The notes beneath the pieces were generated by a model. That model saw only the letters and a program-made list of their open reading frames with translations, made no database searches and was not told where the DNA came from. This document shows, one piece after another, positions 18,338 to 28,237 of a DNA stretch of 46,592 nucleotides. Source of the DNA: Opitutia bacterium UBA3151. Lineage in GTDB: Bacteria; Verrucomicrobiota; Verrucomicrobiia; Opitutales; Seribacteraceae. The stretch spans positions 1 to 46,592 of the forward strand of contig DEYT01000031.1 of NCBI GenBank assembly GCA_002364975.1, written 5' to 3'. Both the position numbers and the translations under genes were made by a program. Position 1 is the first letter of the stretch. Each line of letters begins with the position of its first letter.

Positions 18338-20563
18338 CTAACCAGTTTTGATACTTGGTCTTCTAAAAAGGATCGGCACGGTATAGGCCAAGGCAATCAG
18401 AACAACTTGGGAAACAATAAAAGACATCAATGGATTGAAAGCCTTGTCCATAAAGCCATAAGAGTGAAGCCCGACGCCTAACATGTTGGTGCCAAACCAA
18501 GACCAAGATGTGACTACATTTCCAAAGATGGCCAAGGTAGAAATTCCGCGGATCCGTGCAACACCGGACCACCTGGCGTGGAGAATGATTGCATTCCAAA
18601 TAACAATAAGCAAAGCACCATTCTCTTTGGCATCCCATCCCCAAAATCGACCCCATGATTGATCTGCCCAGATTCCGCCCAAAACGGTTCCAATCAGGCT
18701 GAAAAATAAGGAGAAACAAGTAATTCCAAAAATCATGGATCCCAAAGTTTTCTCAACTTGCTTGCGTGAGGAGGAAAGAAGGCTTGATAATTTACCATTA
18801 CTGTTGGGAGAAGTAGTGACTTGAAAAAGGAGATAATGGATCACATAGGCTATGCCTAAGAATCCAGCTAGAAAAGTGGTGGAGTATCCAATAGTGACCG
18901 TGACCACATGGGTGGCTAACCAAAAATTTGAGTCAAGCACAGCTCTCATCATTTCCATGGTGTCACCCGTTGGATTAAGGGAGGAATCCAAGCTCAGGTT
19001 GTGAGCGATTACCAAACTTCCACAACCCACTACTGCACCCATCGCGGAAGCGATTCCGAGCCTTAGGTATTTTTCAGTAAACCAGCAAAGTAAAACCGCA
19101 CCCCATCCAATGAAAAGGGCCGATGAATAGAGGTTGGTAACCGGAGGCCTGCCTTCAATATACATTCTCCCCAACAAACCAAAAGTGTGAGCTAAAAGGA
19201 TGATCAAGGTCAGTTGATAGGCAACATTACGAAAGCTTGTTGCGTGCTTTGAATTAAATTTTGCACTATCAGAAGCGAGGCAGAGCCAAGAGAGGCAGGC
19301 AGAGACAAAAATAATAATGTAGGCCAAAGAGCTTCTGTAAAAAGGTTCGTATTCATTGTAAGTTTTTTCGAAAATAATCTTCCCAACTTGGTCAGGTGCA
19401 CGCTCTTCGCATGCATTACGAATCGAAGCAACTGCAGAGTTGAATCGGACTGGATCGTTATCAAGGAATGAGGTCCTGAGGTCTTCATAAGATTGCAGGA
19501 TAGGGTCAACTTCTCTGCGAAGCTTGATTGCCTCAGCATACTGAGCGGCGAATAGGGCACTCGGGTTCATCTTTTCGGTTTCATAAATGAAATCGATTTT
19601 CTTTTTTAATTCATTTGGCTCGGTTAAAACCAATTCACGGAGGAGGGAAGAGAACTGAACAGGATCAAGGTTTCTCTTTTCTTGGGAGTCGAGAGGTTCT
19701 TCACCCACCAATGACTCACCCACTTTTCGCCATTTTTTCTTGGTATCCTCAGGCTCTGGAGGCACAGGGAAAAATTCAGACCATAGATTAGCCCTCGAAT
19801 AATGGTCGAGCATGAAAACCACCTTGGCGAATTCATTACTTCCCATTCGGATCGAATCTGCATCCTTAGAGATAGCCTGGGTTAGGTCTCGAAAGCGTTG
19901 GTATTCAGAAATCAGATCAGGGTCAGTTTCGGGGTTGAAAAACAGGTCCTCAATACCCAAGTCGGCAATCATTTCACTATCGGATGGTGGGGCGGGGGGG
20001 GAGAGGGTGTGCTTAAGTTTTCGGTAAAGTATTAAACTACGGTAGAGATCGATAATATTCTGATCAAAACTATCCTGTTTTTCCCTTTCCAATTTGCCCG
20101 ACTCCCGGGCACTTTGATCAATCTGCTCTAAAAAGGGTTCGAGGTCATTGTACGAGTAAAATTTTCCATCCTCTGCAAACTTTCGATTTAGTAGACCAAG
20201 GACTTGATCATGGTCTACAACGAAAGTCTTTAATTTATCTGCTTCTTCAGGATTAAACAAAACTTTGGCAAACCATTCGATCGCTGGGATTTTGGTACCA
20301 CTTTCATCCAGAGCAGTCCTTTTGTTTCGAAGAACCAGTAAGGTATTGCGGGCTACGCTATCCATTGGCTTGACTCTTCCGCCCCGGAGGACTGGGATGT
20401 GGGAGAAGCCTTCCAAATCTATAATATCAGTTTCAGGTTTGGATTCAGGAGTGAAAAAATCGAACAAGGACGACCTTGTAGATCCCATCGGCAAAATAGC
20501 TACATAAAGACCCAGGCAAAAAAGAAATCCTGGAAATATGGGAAACTTAGTCAGGAAATTCAT
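18338..20563 (-). CDS. ccsA: Cytochrome c biogenesis protein CcsA/ResC (system II) with large periplasmic domain
   Basis: GRPPVTNLYSS, WLATHV, WWD motif WADQSWGRFWGWDAKE, GLHSYG; ATG 20563 overlaps the upstream stop (ATGA). Confidence 0.92.
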   Translation of the reverse strand: MNFLTKFPIFPGFLFCLGLYVAILPMGSTRSSLFDFFTPESKPETDIIDLEGFSHIPVLRGGRVKPMDSVARNTLLVLRNKRTALDESGTKIPAIEWFAKVLFNPEEADKLKTFVVDHDQVLGLLNRKFAEDGKFYSYNDLEPFLEQIDQSARESGKLEREKQDSFDQNIIDLYRSLILYRKLKHTLSPPAPPSDSEMIADLGIEDLFFNPETDPDLISEYQRFRDLTQAISKDADSIRMGSNEFAKVVFMLDHYSRANLWSEFFPVPPEPEDTKKKWRKVGESLVGEEPLDSQEKRNLDPVQFSSLLRELVLTEPNELKKKIDFIYETEKMNPSALFAAQYAEAIKLRREVDPILQSYEDLRTSFLDNDPVRFNSAVASIRNACEERAPDQVGKIIFEKTYNEYEPFYRSSLAYIIIFVSACLSWLCLASDSAKFNSKHATSFRNVAYQLTLIILLAHTFGLLGRMYIEGRPPVTNLYSSALFIGWGAVLLCWFTEKYLRLGIASAMGAVVGCGSLVIAHNLSLDSSLNPTGDTMEMMRAVLDSNFWLATHVVTVTIGYSTTFLAGFLGIAYVIHYLLFQVTTSPNSNGKLSSLLSSSRKQVEKTLGSMIFGITCFSLFFSLIGTVLGGIWADQSWGRFWGWDAKENGALLIVIWNAIILHARWSGVARIRGISTLAIFGNVVTSWSWFGTNMLGVGLHSYGFMDKAFNPLMSFIVSQVVLIALAYTVPILFRRPSIKTG

Positions 20564-21849
20564 ACCGCAGGAGCCGCTTTCGCTTGTTTTCGTAAAAAGG
20601 AAATTAAATGGAAACTGAATTGCCAGAGAAGTCCGATTGAAACCAAAATACAGGCAATGTAGGGAACCAACCAACTTGGGTTACGAATTACTTGGAAAAC
20701 GGAGTAGTCAGCTGCTTTATTCATTTGGTATTGATAAAAAGTTTTCCCGGCATGACGAAGTGGGGTGTTCATGTACACCAGTGCCTTTCGCTTCTGTCCA
20801 CTTTCAAGATTCAGGTTGATATGGCTCTCGAAATTATGAGGAATATCCGTGCCTTGATAAAATTCGTTTTCAATTCCAAGTAATTCGATTGAGAAAGGGA
20901 GATATTCACGTTTTGCTCTGAGTTCCATCCCCCATAGTCTACCGTCATATCGGATAGGTTGAAAAGAAAGACCCGCAAGTTTTGGATGGATTGATTCCCA
21001 CCTACTGTTGCCAGCAGGATGTGCCACCGCGGTCCAAGTGCCCAAACTCTCACTTTTGTCCAGAAGTTCAAATACCGCATAACTAAAATTGACACCTTCT
21101 GCACTAAAATCTTCCTCGATTGGCGTGATCGATAAATTCGATGAGACACCAACCCCGCGATCCACCCCAGCTGTTATATTTCCTCTGTTTTCTCCACTCT
21201 CTTTCAAATCAAAATTACAATTGGGACCAAAGCTCTTAACCCGAACCTTCAAAGGGAATTTTGGGGTGTTCAAAGTCCGCCCTACTTCAAGCATTTCCTC
21301 AGGAATTGCTACAACCTTACTTTCAGAAGCATCGGTAATGTCCGTAAACACCAGTTCGACCCCATGGAAGCGTTCCAAATAATTACTGGTCTCTCCCTTG
21401 TTGATTTGCATTCTTGATTCAACTTGAATGGCTTGGGTTACCATTTGACCAATTAAAAGAAGGATGATCCCCAGATGAATGATTTGGATCCCCATCTTCT
21501 TGTATGTCATTTGGAAGCGGGTAATAAAAGCCGCAATTAAATTAAGGATTAATAAGCCACCGAGCAAATATCCTCCCGGTATCGGGAGCGGGATGAAATT
21601 TAGAAATGATCCACCCCAAAATTCAGTGGGGTAGTACCAAATACCAAAAAAACTCTCAAAATACTCGGCCTGGGCTCCTCGAATTCCGATCCGAACCTGC
21701 TCGAGGGTGGCAACAAAGATTAAGACCATCGAAAGGCTAAGGAGGACCAAAGTGAGCCGAACCGACGACAAAGGAACTAGCCATGGGAAAGCCTTTTTAC
21801 GAACTCCTAGTGAAAAAGGACTTTTATTTTTTCGAGAATTAGCACACAT
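20560..21849 (-). CDS. ResB/CcsB-like cytochrome c biogenesis protein
   Basis: LSSVRLTLVLL, IIHLGIILLLIG (heme His), YMNTPLRHAGKTFYQ, C-terminal TM; translationally coupled to ccsA. Confidence 0.85.
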   Translation of the reverse strand: MCANSRKNKSPFSLGVRKKAFPWLVPLSSVRLTLVLLSLSMVLIFVATLEQVRIGIRGAQAEYFESFFGIWYYPTEFWGGSFLNFIPLPIPGGYLLGGLLILNLIAAFITRFQMTYKKMGIQIIHLGIILLLIGQMVTQAIQVESRMQINKGETSNYLERFHGVELVFTDITDASESKVVAIPEEMLEVGRTLNTPKFPLKVRVKSFGPNCNFDLKESGENRGNITAGVDRGVGVSSNLSITPIEEDFSAEGVNFSYAVFELLDKSESLGTWTAVAHPAGNSRWESIHPKLAGLSFQPIRYDGRLWGMELRAKREYLPFSIELLGIENEFYQGTDIPHNFESHINLNLESGQKRKALVYMNTPLRHAGKTFYQYQMNKAADYSVFQVIRNPSWLVPYIACILVSIGLLWQFSFHLISFLRKQAKAAPAV

Positions 21850-21877
21850 GGGTTTAAGTTACATTAGAAAGCATGGG

Positions 21878-22909
21878 TCAATGATCATGGAAACAGACAG
21901 TACTCAATAAAGTAAGAAAATTTTCTTTCTCAACTCTTGCCAGCTCAGAATCGCCGATAAGTTTAAAAAACCAAGACTGGGATGGTCCAAAATAAAGAGC
22001 ACCGTAGACCGATTTTTCCTCATTTTCTGCAATCAATAACTGGGCAGATTTCTCGTCTATTATAATTTCGGAAACATATTTTGATTGAGAGTTGAGATTG
22101 ACCTCGGGAAGATTTACCTGCCCAAGCCAGCGGTTAATGTTGGGAAGCAAACCACCAACATCTCCCGGAAATGTGGTAATGGAAAAATCTAGCTCCATTC
22201 CATTTCCGTCTTGTACAAGAAAACTACCAACTCGCATTGAGGATGCCTTACCCGGTAACCAATGCTTTGGAGTCTCCCAAGTTGGATTTCCACTTGCTGT
22301 GGGAACCGGGGGGGGTGGTAATGCGGGCACAACCGCCCGAATTTCCTTTTTTCCAGCCCGTGCAATGATTGACCCAAGGAAATTGGTGAAAGACTCCATT
22401 TCCGCGTTAATAAGCTGAGCATCAGCGATAAAGGGAAAAAGCCAGGTATCCTGATCATTTCTCAAGATCGCAAGGAGAGCGGTGTTTGGGTTTTCACTCT
22501 GTACTCTTTCGGTTAGGCGAATCCAGTCGAAATTTTTACCCTCAATTTTTTTTACTTGAAGTACCTGATTCAAGGATTCTTGGTTAAACCCTTGGTATCC
22601 AAGTTCCATGCCAAACATATTGGTAATCTCCAGAGATGAGACCGCTTCACGAAAAGGCATCACTCCAATTCTTCCTTTCGGCCCAGAGTCTGTTTTGACA
22701 TGGAATGAACCAGCAAGAGGACCAGAAAGTTCCGGATTTTCACCCCAGTGATCGGGCAACTTCCAGACAATCACTGGGCCATCGTACTCGGGAGTGATGG
22801 AGTAGCTTTGAATTTCTGGATCTTCGCTACAGGAGCCAAAAAAACTTAGGATCCCCAAGAGAATACAAAATCTTCCGAGTGTGTTTGGGCTTAAATTGGA
22901 GAGGCACAT
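21878..22909 (-). CDS. Putative lipoprotein with two similar domains, co-transcribed with resB/ccsA
   Basis: Lipobox-like FFGSC; duplicated pattern (WKLPDHW / WETPKHW; TWLFPFIAD / SWFFKLIGD; F..FL.SI / FL.LL.TV); start 22909 or 22951. Confidence 0.65.
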   Translation of the reverse strand: MCLSNLSPNTLGRFCILLGILSFFGSCSEDPEIQSYSITPEYDGPVIVWKLPDHWGENPELSGPLAGSFHVKTDSGPKGRIGVMPFREAVSSLEITNMFGMELGYQGFNQESLNQVLQVKKIEGKNFDWIRLTERVQSENPNTALLAILRNDQDTWLFPFIADAQLINAEMESFTNFLGSIIARAGKKEIRAVVPALPPPPVPTASGNPTWETPKHWLPGKASSMRVGSFLVQDGNGMELDFSITTFPGDVGGLLPNINRWLGQVNLPEVNLNSQSKYVSEIIIDEKSAQLLIAENEEKSVYGALYFGPSQSWFFKLIGDSELARVEKENFLTLLSTVCFHDH

Positions 22910-22963
22910 CTGAACTGAAATATGTAGGCAACAGGCAACGAAGGCAACCATCAGAAGGAGAAT

Positions 22964-24067
22964 TTAGGCATTACATTTGAATAGGGCGACATCGCCATCC
23001 ATGAAAATATATTCCTTTCCTTCCAACCGAAGTTTACCATTTTCACGGGCCGCTTGCATGGACCCAGCGGTAATCAAATCAACATAGGAAACAACCTCTG
23101 CTTTAATGAAGCTCTTTTCAAAGTCCGTATGGATAACCCCTGCACACTGAGGTGCGGTCATTCCTTGCTTGAAAGTCCAGGCTCTTGCCTCTTTCTCTCC
23201 TGCTGTCAAATAACTGGCCAATCCGAGTAGTTGATAAGAAGCACGAATGAGGGATGTAACCCCAGAATCTTCCACCCCCATCGCCTCTAAATATTCTTTC
23301 GTCTCCTCGTCAGAGAGATCGGATAATTCCTCCTCCATTTTCGCTGAAATGATGCAACAATTTGCATCCTGTTGTTTACTCGCCCACTCCTGAAAGCCCG
23401 CGAGGTTTGGGTTTGATTCAGGATCGGCAACTTCATCTTCTTTCAAATTGCACGCATAAAGCATTGGTTTCGAGCTTAGTAGGCAAAATGACTTCATCCG
23501 AGAGCGTTCATCTTCATTCATCTCCAATAAATTAGCCGGTTTTCCCTGATCTAAATGAGGCATCAAACGCACGAGCAACTGAGCATTTGCAGCGGCTTCC
23601 TTATCCTGCCCCCTTGCTTTCTTCTCATTTTTTTGAAGTTGGCTGGTTGCAGATTCGACATCCGCGAGTACCAGTTCGGTCATTATTACTTCAGCATCTG
23701 CAATCGGATCAACCCTGCCCATGTTGTGAATGACATCTTCATCCTCAAAGCAACGCACTACATGCACGATCGCATCCACCTCTCGTACATTGGCCAGAAA
23801 TTTATTCCCCAATCCTTCCCCTTGACTAGCCCCCTCAACCAAACCGGCAATGTCCACCATTTCAATTGCTGCAGGGACTAGTGTTGAGGTACCCACAATC
23901 TTGGCAAGTGGTACAAGACGGGAGTCGGGCACCAGTACGACTCCAACATTGGGGTCAATGGTGCAAAAAGGATAATTAGCTGCCTCCGCCTTCCTTGTTT
24001 TGGTCAGGGCGTTGAAGAGAGTACTTTTTCCCACATTGGGTAAACCGACGATTCCTGCTTTTAGCAT
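22964..24067 (-). CDS. ychF: Redox-regulated ATPase YchF
   Basis: [45 protein letters not shown]-terminal TGS domain. Confidence 0.98.
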   Translation of the reverse strand: MLKAGIVGLPNVGKSTLFNALTKTRKAEAANYPFCTIDPNVGVVLVPDSRLVPLAKIVGTSTLVPAAIEMVDIAGLVEGASQGEGLGNKFLANVREVDAIVHVVRCFEDEDVIHNMGRVDPIADAEVIMTELVLADVESATSQLQKNEKKARGQDKEAAANAQLLVRLMPHLDQGKPANLLEMNEDERSRMKSFCLLSSKPMLYACNLKEDEVADPESNPNLAGFQEWASKQQDANCCIISAKMEEELSDLSDEETKEYLEAMGVEDSGVTSLIRASYQLLGLASYLTAGEKEARAWTFKQGMTAPQCAGVIHTDFEKSFIKAEVVSYVDLITAGSMQAARENGKLRLEGKEYIFMDGDVALFKCNA

Positions 24068-24084
24068 AGCATTAAAAACCGATT

Positions 24085-24113
24085 AGTATGTCTGAGTCCT
24101 TGCAGTTGGTCAA
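24085..24113 (-). promoter_or_regulatory. Sigma70-like promoter of ychF
   Basis: Minus strand TTGACC (24113-24108), 17-nt spacer, CATACT (24090-24085). Confidence 0.55.
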
Positions 24114-24188
24114 GATTGCTTGCCCTAGAAACTGTAAGCTTTGGAATTGACGCTACCATCCTGATTCATAACCTTATACTTACATTGT

Positions 24189-24266
24189 GGCGATAGTAGC
24201 TCAGTTGGTTAGAGCACTGGTTTGTGGTACCAGGGGTCGCGGGTTCGAATCCCGTCTTTCGCCCCA
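24189..24266 (+). tRNA. tRNA-His (GUG)
   Basis: Cloverleaf with G-1:C73, D-arm GCTCAGTTGGTTAGAGC, anticodon arm CTGGT-TTGTGGT-ACCAG, T-arm GCGGG-TTCGAAT-CCCGT, encoded CCA; one U:U mismatch in the acceptor stem. Confidence 0.97.
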
Positions 24267-24641
24267 CTTTGTTCCTCATGAAAAAATGTGAAGTGAGCTG
24301 CAATCCCTCTTAAATAAAAGGAACTGGAGGAATTCATATTTATAAGTTATTTTTTCTTGAGTTTTTACACTACTTGCAACAACTACACCCTTTTTGGCAT
24401 ATTTGGGCAAAGTGACAGAAAAAAAAGGGTGGAGGGAGTCTGCTTACATCCTCAGGCCGTATCCTACTATCGATTTATCCCCGGGAAAAAATTTCGACAA
24501 TGGCAAAAAATGAGGATTTTTTGCTCAAATTAACTGTAACTTGTAAAGCTATTTTCCGATCAAAATGCCGTAAATGTGCTATGACACATATGACATTGTG
24601 TAAGGTGGCTAACAAAATTGCCAAGCCCTTATTCTGCTCGG

Positions 24642-24833
24642 ATGAGCAAAAATACAGAAAAATCAACATATACGGACAAAGAGTTAGTCGCCTTGATTCC
24701 GACGAAGAGACAACCTGGTGAATCGAAAAGAGTGTGGTCTACACGAATCGCCAATCAGTTCTTCGAGGGATTGCTAAGGCATTACGAGATTCACGGGAAT
24801 TTGAAGCAACCGAGGCCTGAGAGGAGGGAGTGA
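24642..24833 (+). CDS. Small hypothetical protein (63 aa)
   Basis: ATG-started ORF MSKNTEKSTYTDKELVALIP...; protein-like composition; no recognisable motif. Confidence 0.4.
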   Translation: MSKNTEKSTYTDKELVALIPTKRQPGESKRVWSTRIANQFFEGLLRHYEIHGNLKQPRPERRE

Positions 24834-25391
24834 TTGGAGCGAGTTTGGCTGTAGGCAGTTGATAACGTTACGGGATCTACTTGCAAGAAGTTTCGGGATA
24901 TATTACTAATTTATTAACGAGTTTGAGGGACGAAGAACTTATTGAAAACTATAGTTTTTCAAATATTATTTTATTATCCTTATTTTATCATTGAAACTTT
25001 TATTTTATAATACGATATGATTATGAAATGAAACTTATTTTTGATTCAAATATTTGTAGATTTGCTAATCGAAATTATTTCAATTTTAAAATTAGAGTGG
25101 CATGCGGAGTAAGTAAAAACTGGGATACAGCTTTTCTACTTATTCTCGACTTGCTGGATTTTTCAAAGAAGTTGAGAATATGGTTTTCGCCTATCATCGA
25201 GAAAATAAAAAGAGAACAACCAAATGGATATTAAATATGCCCAAAACTTTCAGTGAAAAATCATAGAAAGGCCAGTCATCAAATTCACCTTTTTGGATTT
25301 TGGATAAAAGTTCAATTACAGTCCGCGACAAAACCGATTCCCCCTAGTAAAAGCAATTATTTTAAAAGTGAACCTCCAACAATAAAGCCAA

Positions 25392-26510
25392 ATGATATGT
25401 CCAAAATGTGATTCTGTAACTAAATACAGAGACGCGTTTTCCAATTTAAAACTGGAATGTTCTTCCTGTAGTTATGTATATGCATTGGACCCAAAACAGA
25501 TGGGCTTTTCAGACCGACGCGTATGGAAAGTGGCTGAAAAACTTTCCAAAGGCGGGCGTTACTTTACTGAGCAACAACTTGCATGTGCCTGTCTTTCAAA
25601 GAGTGAAAGAAAAATTACCACGGGAACGCTCATTGGAGCAATCTGTGGATTGATTGCTTCATTATTGTTAACATTCAATGGAATCCCTATCCATGAATCG
25701 ATTATTATCGGAGTGGTGATAGGGCTTATTATCGGAGTATGCCTTACCAATTCTGGAGAAAAAGCCAAGCTTTGGACGGGAGTTCAGACCTATTGCTATA
25801 AAAAAGGTCACCAGTTTCTAATCACCCCTAAAAATGCCGAAGCAATCATTGGAAGGTTGGAAAAGAAAAACAAACTTACCTTTCAGGATTTTAATCCTGA
25901 TAAAGCCTTGATTGTGGATGACTTGGAATTCGTAGCACTATTATTACTTAACAACTTTCACAGAGACAGTAATTGTCTGATCCTCAGTGTGAATCATAAA
26001 AGTGGCCCTTTTTATGAATATTTCCTAAAACGCCAGCAATCCGAAAATAAACTACTTGTTTTTGCAGTGCATGACGGAGGTGCAGAGGAGGAGTTGATGG
26101 TTTCCAGAATCCAGAAAGACCCCAAATGGATAGGATGCGAAGAAATTACAGACCTTGGTTTGAGCAGAGAAACATTAACTAACTATAAAAATGGCACTTG
26201 GATAAATGAGGGAACGGGGTCTGTGCAGACCCACTCTCCCAAAAAGATAGATGAAAAATATCAAGGGTCCTGGCTCTTTCCGGTCGACTGCATTCCACCT
26301 GAAAAACTTAATCTATCTTTGAATGCCTGTATGGTAGGTGGATTTGAAATGCTGTCGCCACAAATGTTTGGGGCCATCGGCATGGCACCATCGACAGCTT
26401 CAAACAACACTGCTGGCGGCGATGGTTCATATTATGGCAATAGTGGCAGCGGTGCATCTTTTTCTTCATCAGATTATGGTGGCGGTGCAGGCTTTGATGA
26501 CTTCGGGTGA
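25392..26510 (+). CDS. Hypothetical membrane protein: N-terminal Zn ribbon, TM hairpin, TOPRIM-like alpha/beta domain, Gly/Ser-rich tail
   Basis: CPKC...CSSC; two TM helices; ALIVDD..., LVFAVHDGG and ITDLGL resemble TOPRIM-like elements (tentative); tail GGDGSYYGNSGSGASFSSSDYGGGAGFDDFG. Confidence 0.7.
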   Translation: MICPKCDSVTKYRDAFSNLKLECSSCSYVYALDPKQMGFSDRRVWKVAEKLSKGGRYFTEQQLACACLSKSERKITTGTLIGAICGLIASLLLTFNGIPIHESIIIGVVIGLIIGVCLTNSGEKAKLWTGVQTYCYKKGHQFLITPKNAEAIIGRLEKKNKLTFQDFNPDKALIVDDLEFVALLLLNNFHRDSNCLILSVNHKSGPFYEYFLKRQQSENKLLVFAVHDGGAEEELMVSRIQKDPKWIGCEEITDLGLSRETLTNYKNGTWINEGTGSVQTHSPKKIDEKYQGSWLFPVDCIPPEKLNLSLNACMVGGFEMLSPQMFGAIGMAPSTASNNTAGGDGSYYGNSGSGASFSSSDYGGGAGFDDFG

Positions 26511-26554
26511 ATTTTTCTCAATTTCGATATTCTTAACCCAAGAAAAATAAGGAA

Positions 26555-28237
26555 ATGTTTGGATTTGCTGGTGTCATTTCAAAAAAGCAACTGGAGAATC
26601 GAATCCGGCAGCAGAGTCAATTTTGCCTGGACGAATTCAAGTTTTATTCAAGCTTTAAGATAATTTGCGGTGAAAAGCCTGTAAATGATCAGAAATTTTT
26701 ATTTGCCGATGGTTCCTTACTACAAATCTTAGGACTTTTTTTTTCAGACTTTACCCAGTCTGAATCACTTCATCATTTCGAGGAAGTTGCAGACGGTGCT
26801 TTCACAGCTTTAGCGGTAACTCCCAATGAATTTCGCATTTATGCAGATCCATGCGGATGGCGATCAGTATATTTTCGGGAAGAAAATGGCTTCTTATATC
26901 TCGCATCTAACATAAGATATTTCCGGGAGTATTTTGGCTTACTCCTGGAACCCGCTACTGAAAGATCGATCGATTTCCTATGCACCAGTTTTATTCCCGG
27001 TCAAGAGACCCTAACAAGAAATGTTTTTCAACTACCTATGGGTCATGTACTCGAATGGAAGAGCGAAAATAATTCGACCATCAGAGATTACTGCAAGTAT
27101 GACACTATCCCCAAAGTGCAAAATACTAGTGCCGAATCAGCAAAAGATCTACACTCTATTTGCCTCGAAAACACTGAAAGAATAAAAAAATCCAGTGGAA
27201 AAAGCGAATGCACAGTTTTCTTGAGTGGTGGATTGGACAGCACTTGTGCCCTAGCTCTAGCGATTGAAATATTCGGACTAAAAAACATAAAAACTATTTC
27301 AGTCCATTTCGGTGGCCATTTGCCCAATGAAAATGAATACATTGATGAAGCCGTTAAATACTTTGGTTGCAGTCATCAATATCTTGAAATTTCCCCTGAT
27401 TCATTCCTCTCGGAAATGGAGACAATCTATACATGGATTGATGATCCCATTGGCGACCCGGTGGTAATGCCTAATTATATGATGAACCGTGTCATTGATC
27501 CTAAAGAACAACTTGTGATTACTGGTGAGGGAGGAGATCCCTGTTTTGGTGGTCCAAAAAATGTATTCATGACCAACTCAATGGAATTCAGTGGTTTATA
27601 CGAAAATAGTGATAACAACGAGTTTCTTGCTACTTGCTACCTTGAGAGCTTCAAGAGAGCTTATGATGATGCCGCTCAGATTAGCCGATTCAATGAAGAG
27701 TCTTTCGAAAGTAGATTAAATGAACTTCAATCCAACCTTAATTTACACCTTACAAATCAAAATTGGGATAGCTTCCTCGATCGTTTGTTATTTGCAAATA
27801 AATACCTCAAATCTAATTCCCTGATCTTACCAAAAGTACAAAAGACCACGCAGCCATTTTCCCGGTATTCATTATCTCCACTTTTTTCGAGAAAAGTCAT
27901 CGAATTCTGTGCCCGAACTCCAATCGAAATAAAATATCCGAAACTTCAGGAGAAACATATTCTTAAACGTGCTTTCCTAGAAAAAATTCCTCAATCTATA
28001 ATCGACAGAGAAAAGAGTGGCATGAGAGTCCCCATTCGCTTCTGGCAAGGTAACAAAATAAAGGCGTATAACCGAAAAATACTTTTGCGTGAGAATAAAA
28101 AATTAACTTCGAAATTTTTTAACATAAAAGAAGTTAAAAATCTTTTAAAGCATCCGCGTTCTAGGCAAGGTCTTAAAACATGGATGCTTACCACTTTTAT
28201 TTTAACTGCTAAAAATTTATATGAGCCCGAAAGTTGA
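26555..28237 (+). CDS. Asparagine synthetase B-like amide ligase lacking the N-terminal catalytic Cys
   Basis: MFGFAG in place of MCGIAG; DGAF and DPCGWRSVY (Ntn domain remnants); FLSGGLDS PP-loop; TGEGGDPCFGG; EKHILK; REKSGM. Confidence 0.88.
   Translation: MFGFAGVISKKQLENRIRQQSQFCLDEFKFYSSFKIICGEKPVNDQKFLFADGSLLQILGLFFSDFTQSESLHHFEEVADGAFTALAVTPNEFRIYADPCGWRSVYFREENGFLYLASNIRYFREYFGLLLEPATERSIDFLCTSFIPGQETLTRNVFQLPMGHVLEWKSENNSTIRDYCKYDTIPKVQNTSAESAKDLHSICLENTERIKKSSGKSECTVFLSGGLDSTCALALAIEIFGLKNIKTISVHFGGHLPNENEYIDEAVKYFGCSHQYLEISPDSFLSEMETIYTWIDDPIGDPVVMPNYMMNRVIDPKEQLVITGEGGDPCFGGPKNVFMTNSMEFSGLYENSDNNEFLATCYLESFKRAYDDAAQISRFNEESFESRLNELQSNLNLHLTNQNWDSFLDRLLFANKYLKSNSLILPKVQKTTQPFSRYSLSPLFSRKVIEFCARTPIEIKYPKLQEKHILKRAFLEKIPQSIIDREKSGMRVPIRFWQGNKIKAYNRKILLRENKKLTSKFFNIKEVKNLLKHPRSRQGLKTWMLTTFILTAKNLYEPES

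Noticed and set aside
24580-24595. TATGACA direct repeat (TGTCATA on the minus strand) as a Pho box
   Set aside because: The period is 9 nt rather than 11 and there are only two copies
25028-25234. 68-aa ORF in the AT-rich tract
   Set aside because: Composition reflects AT-rich noncoding DNA; no motif or RBS
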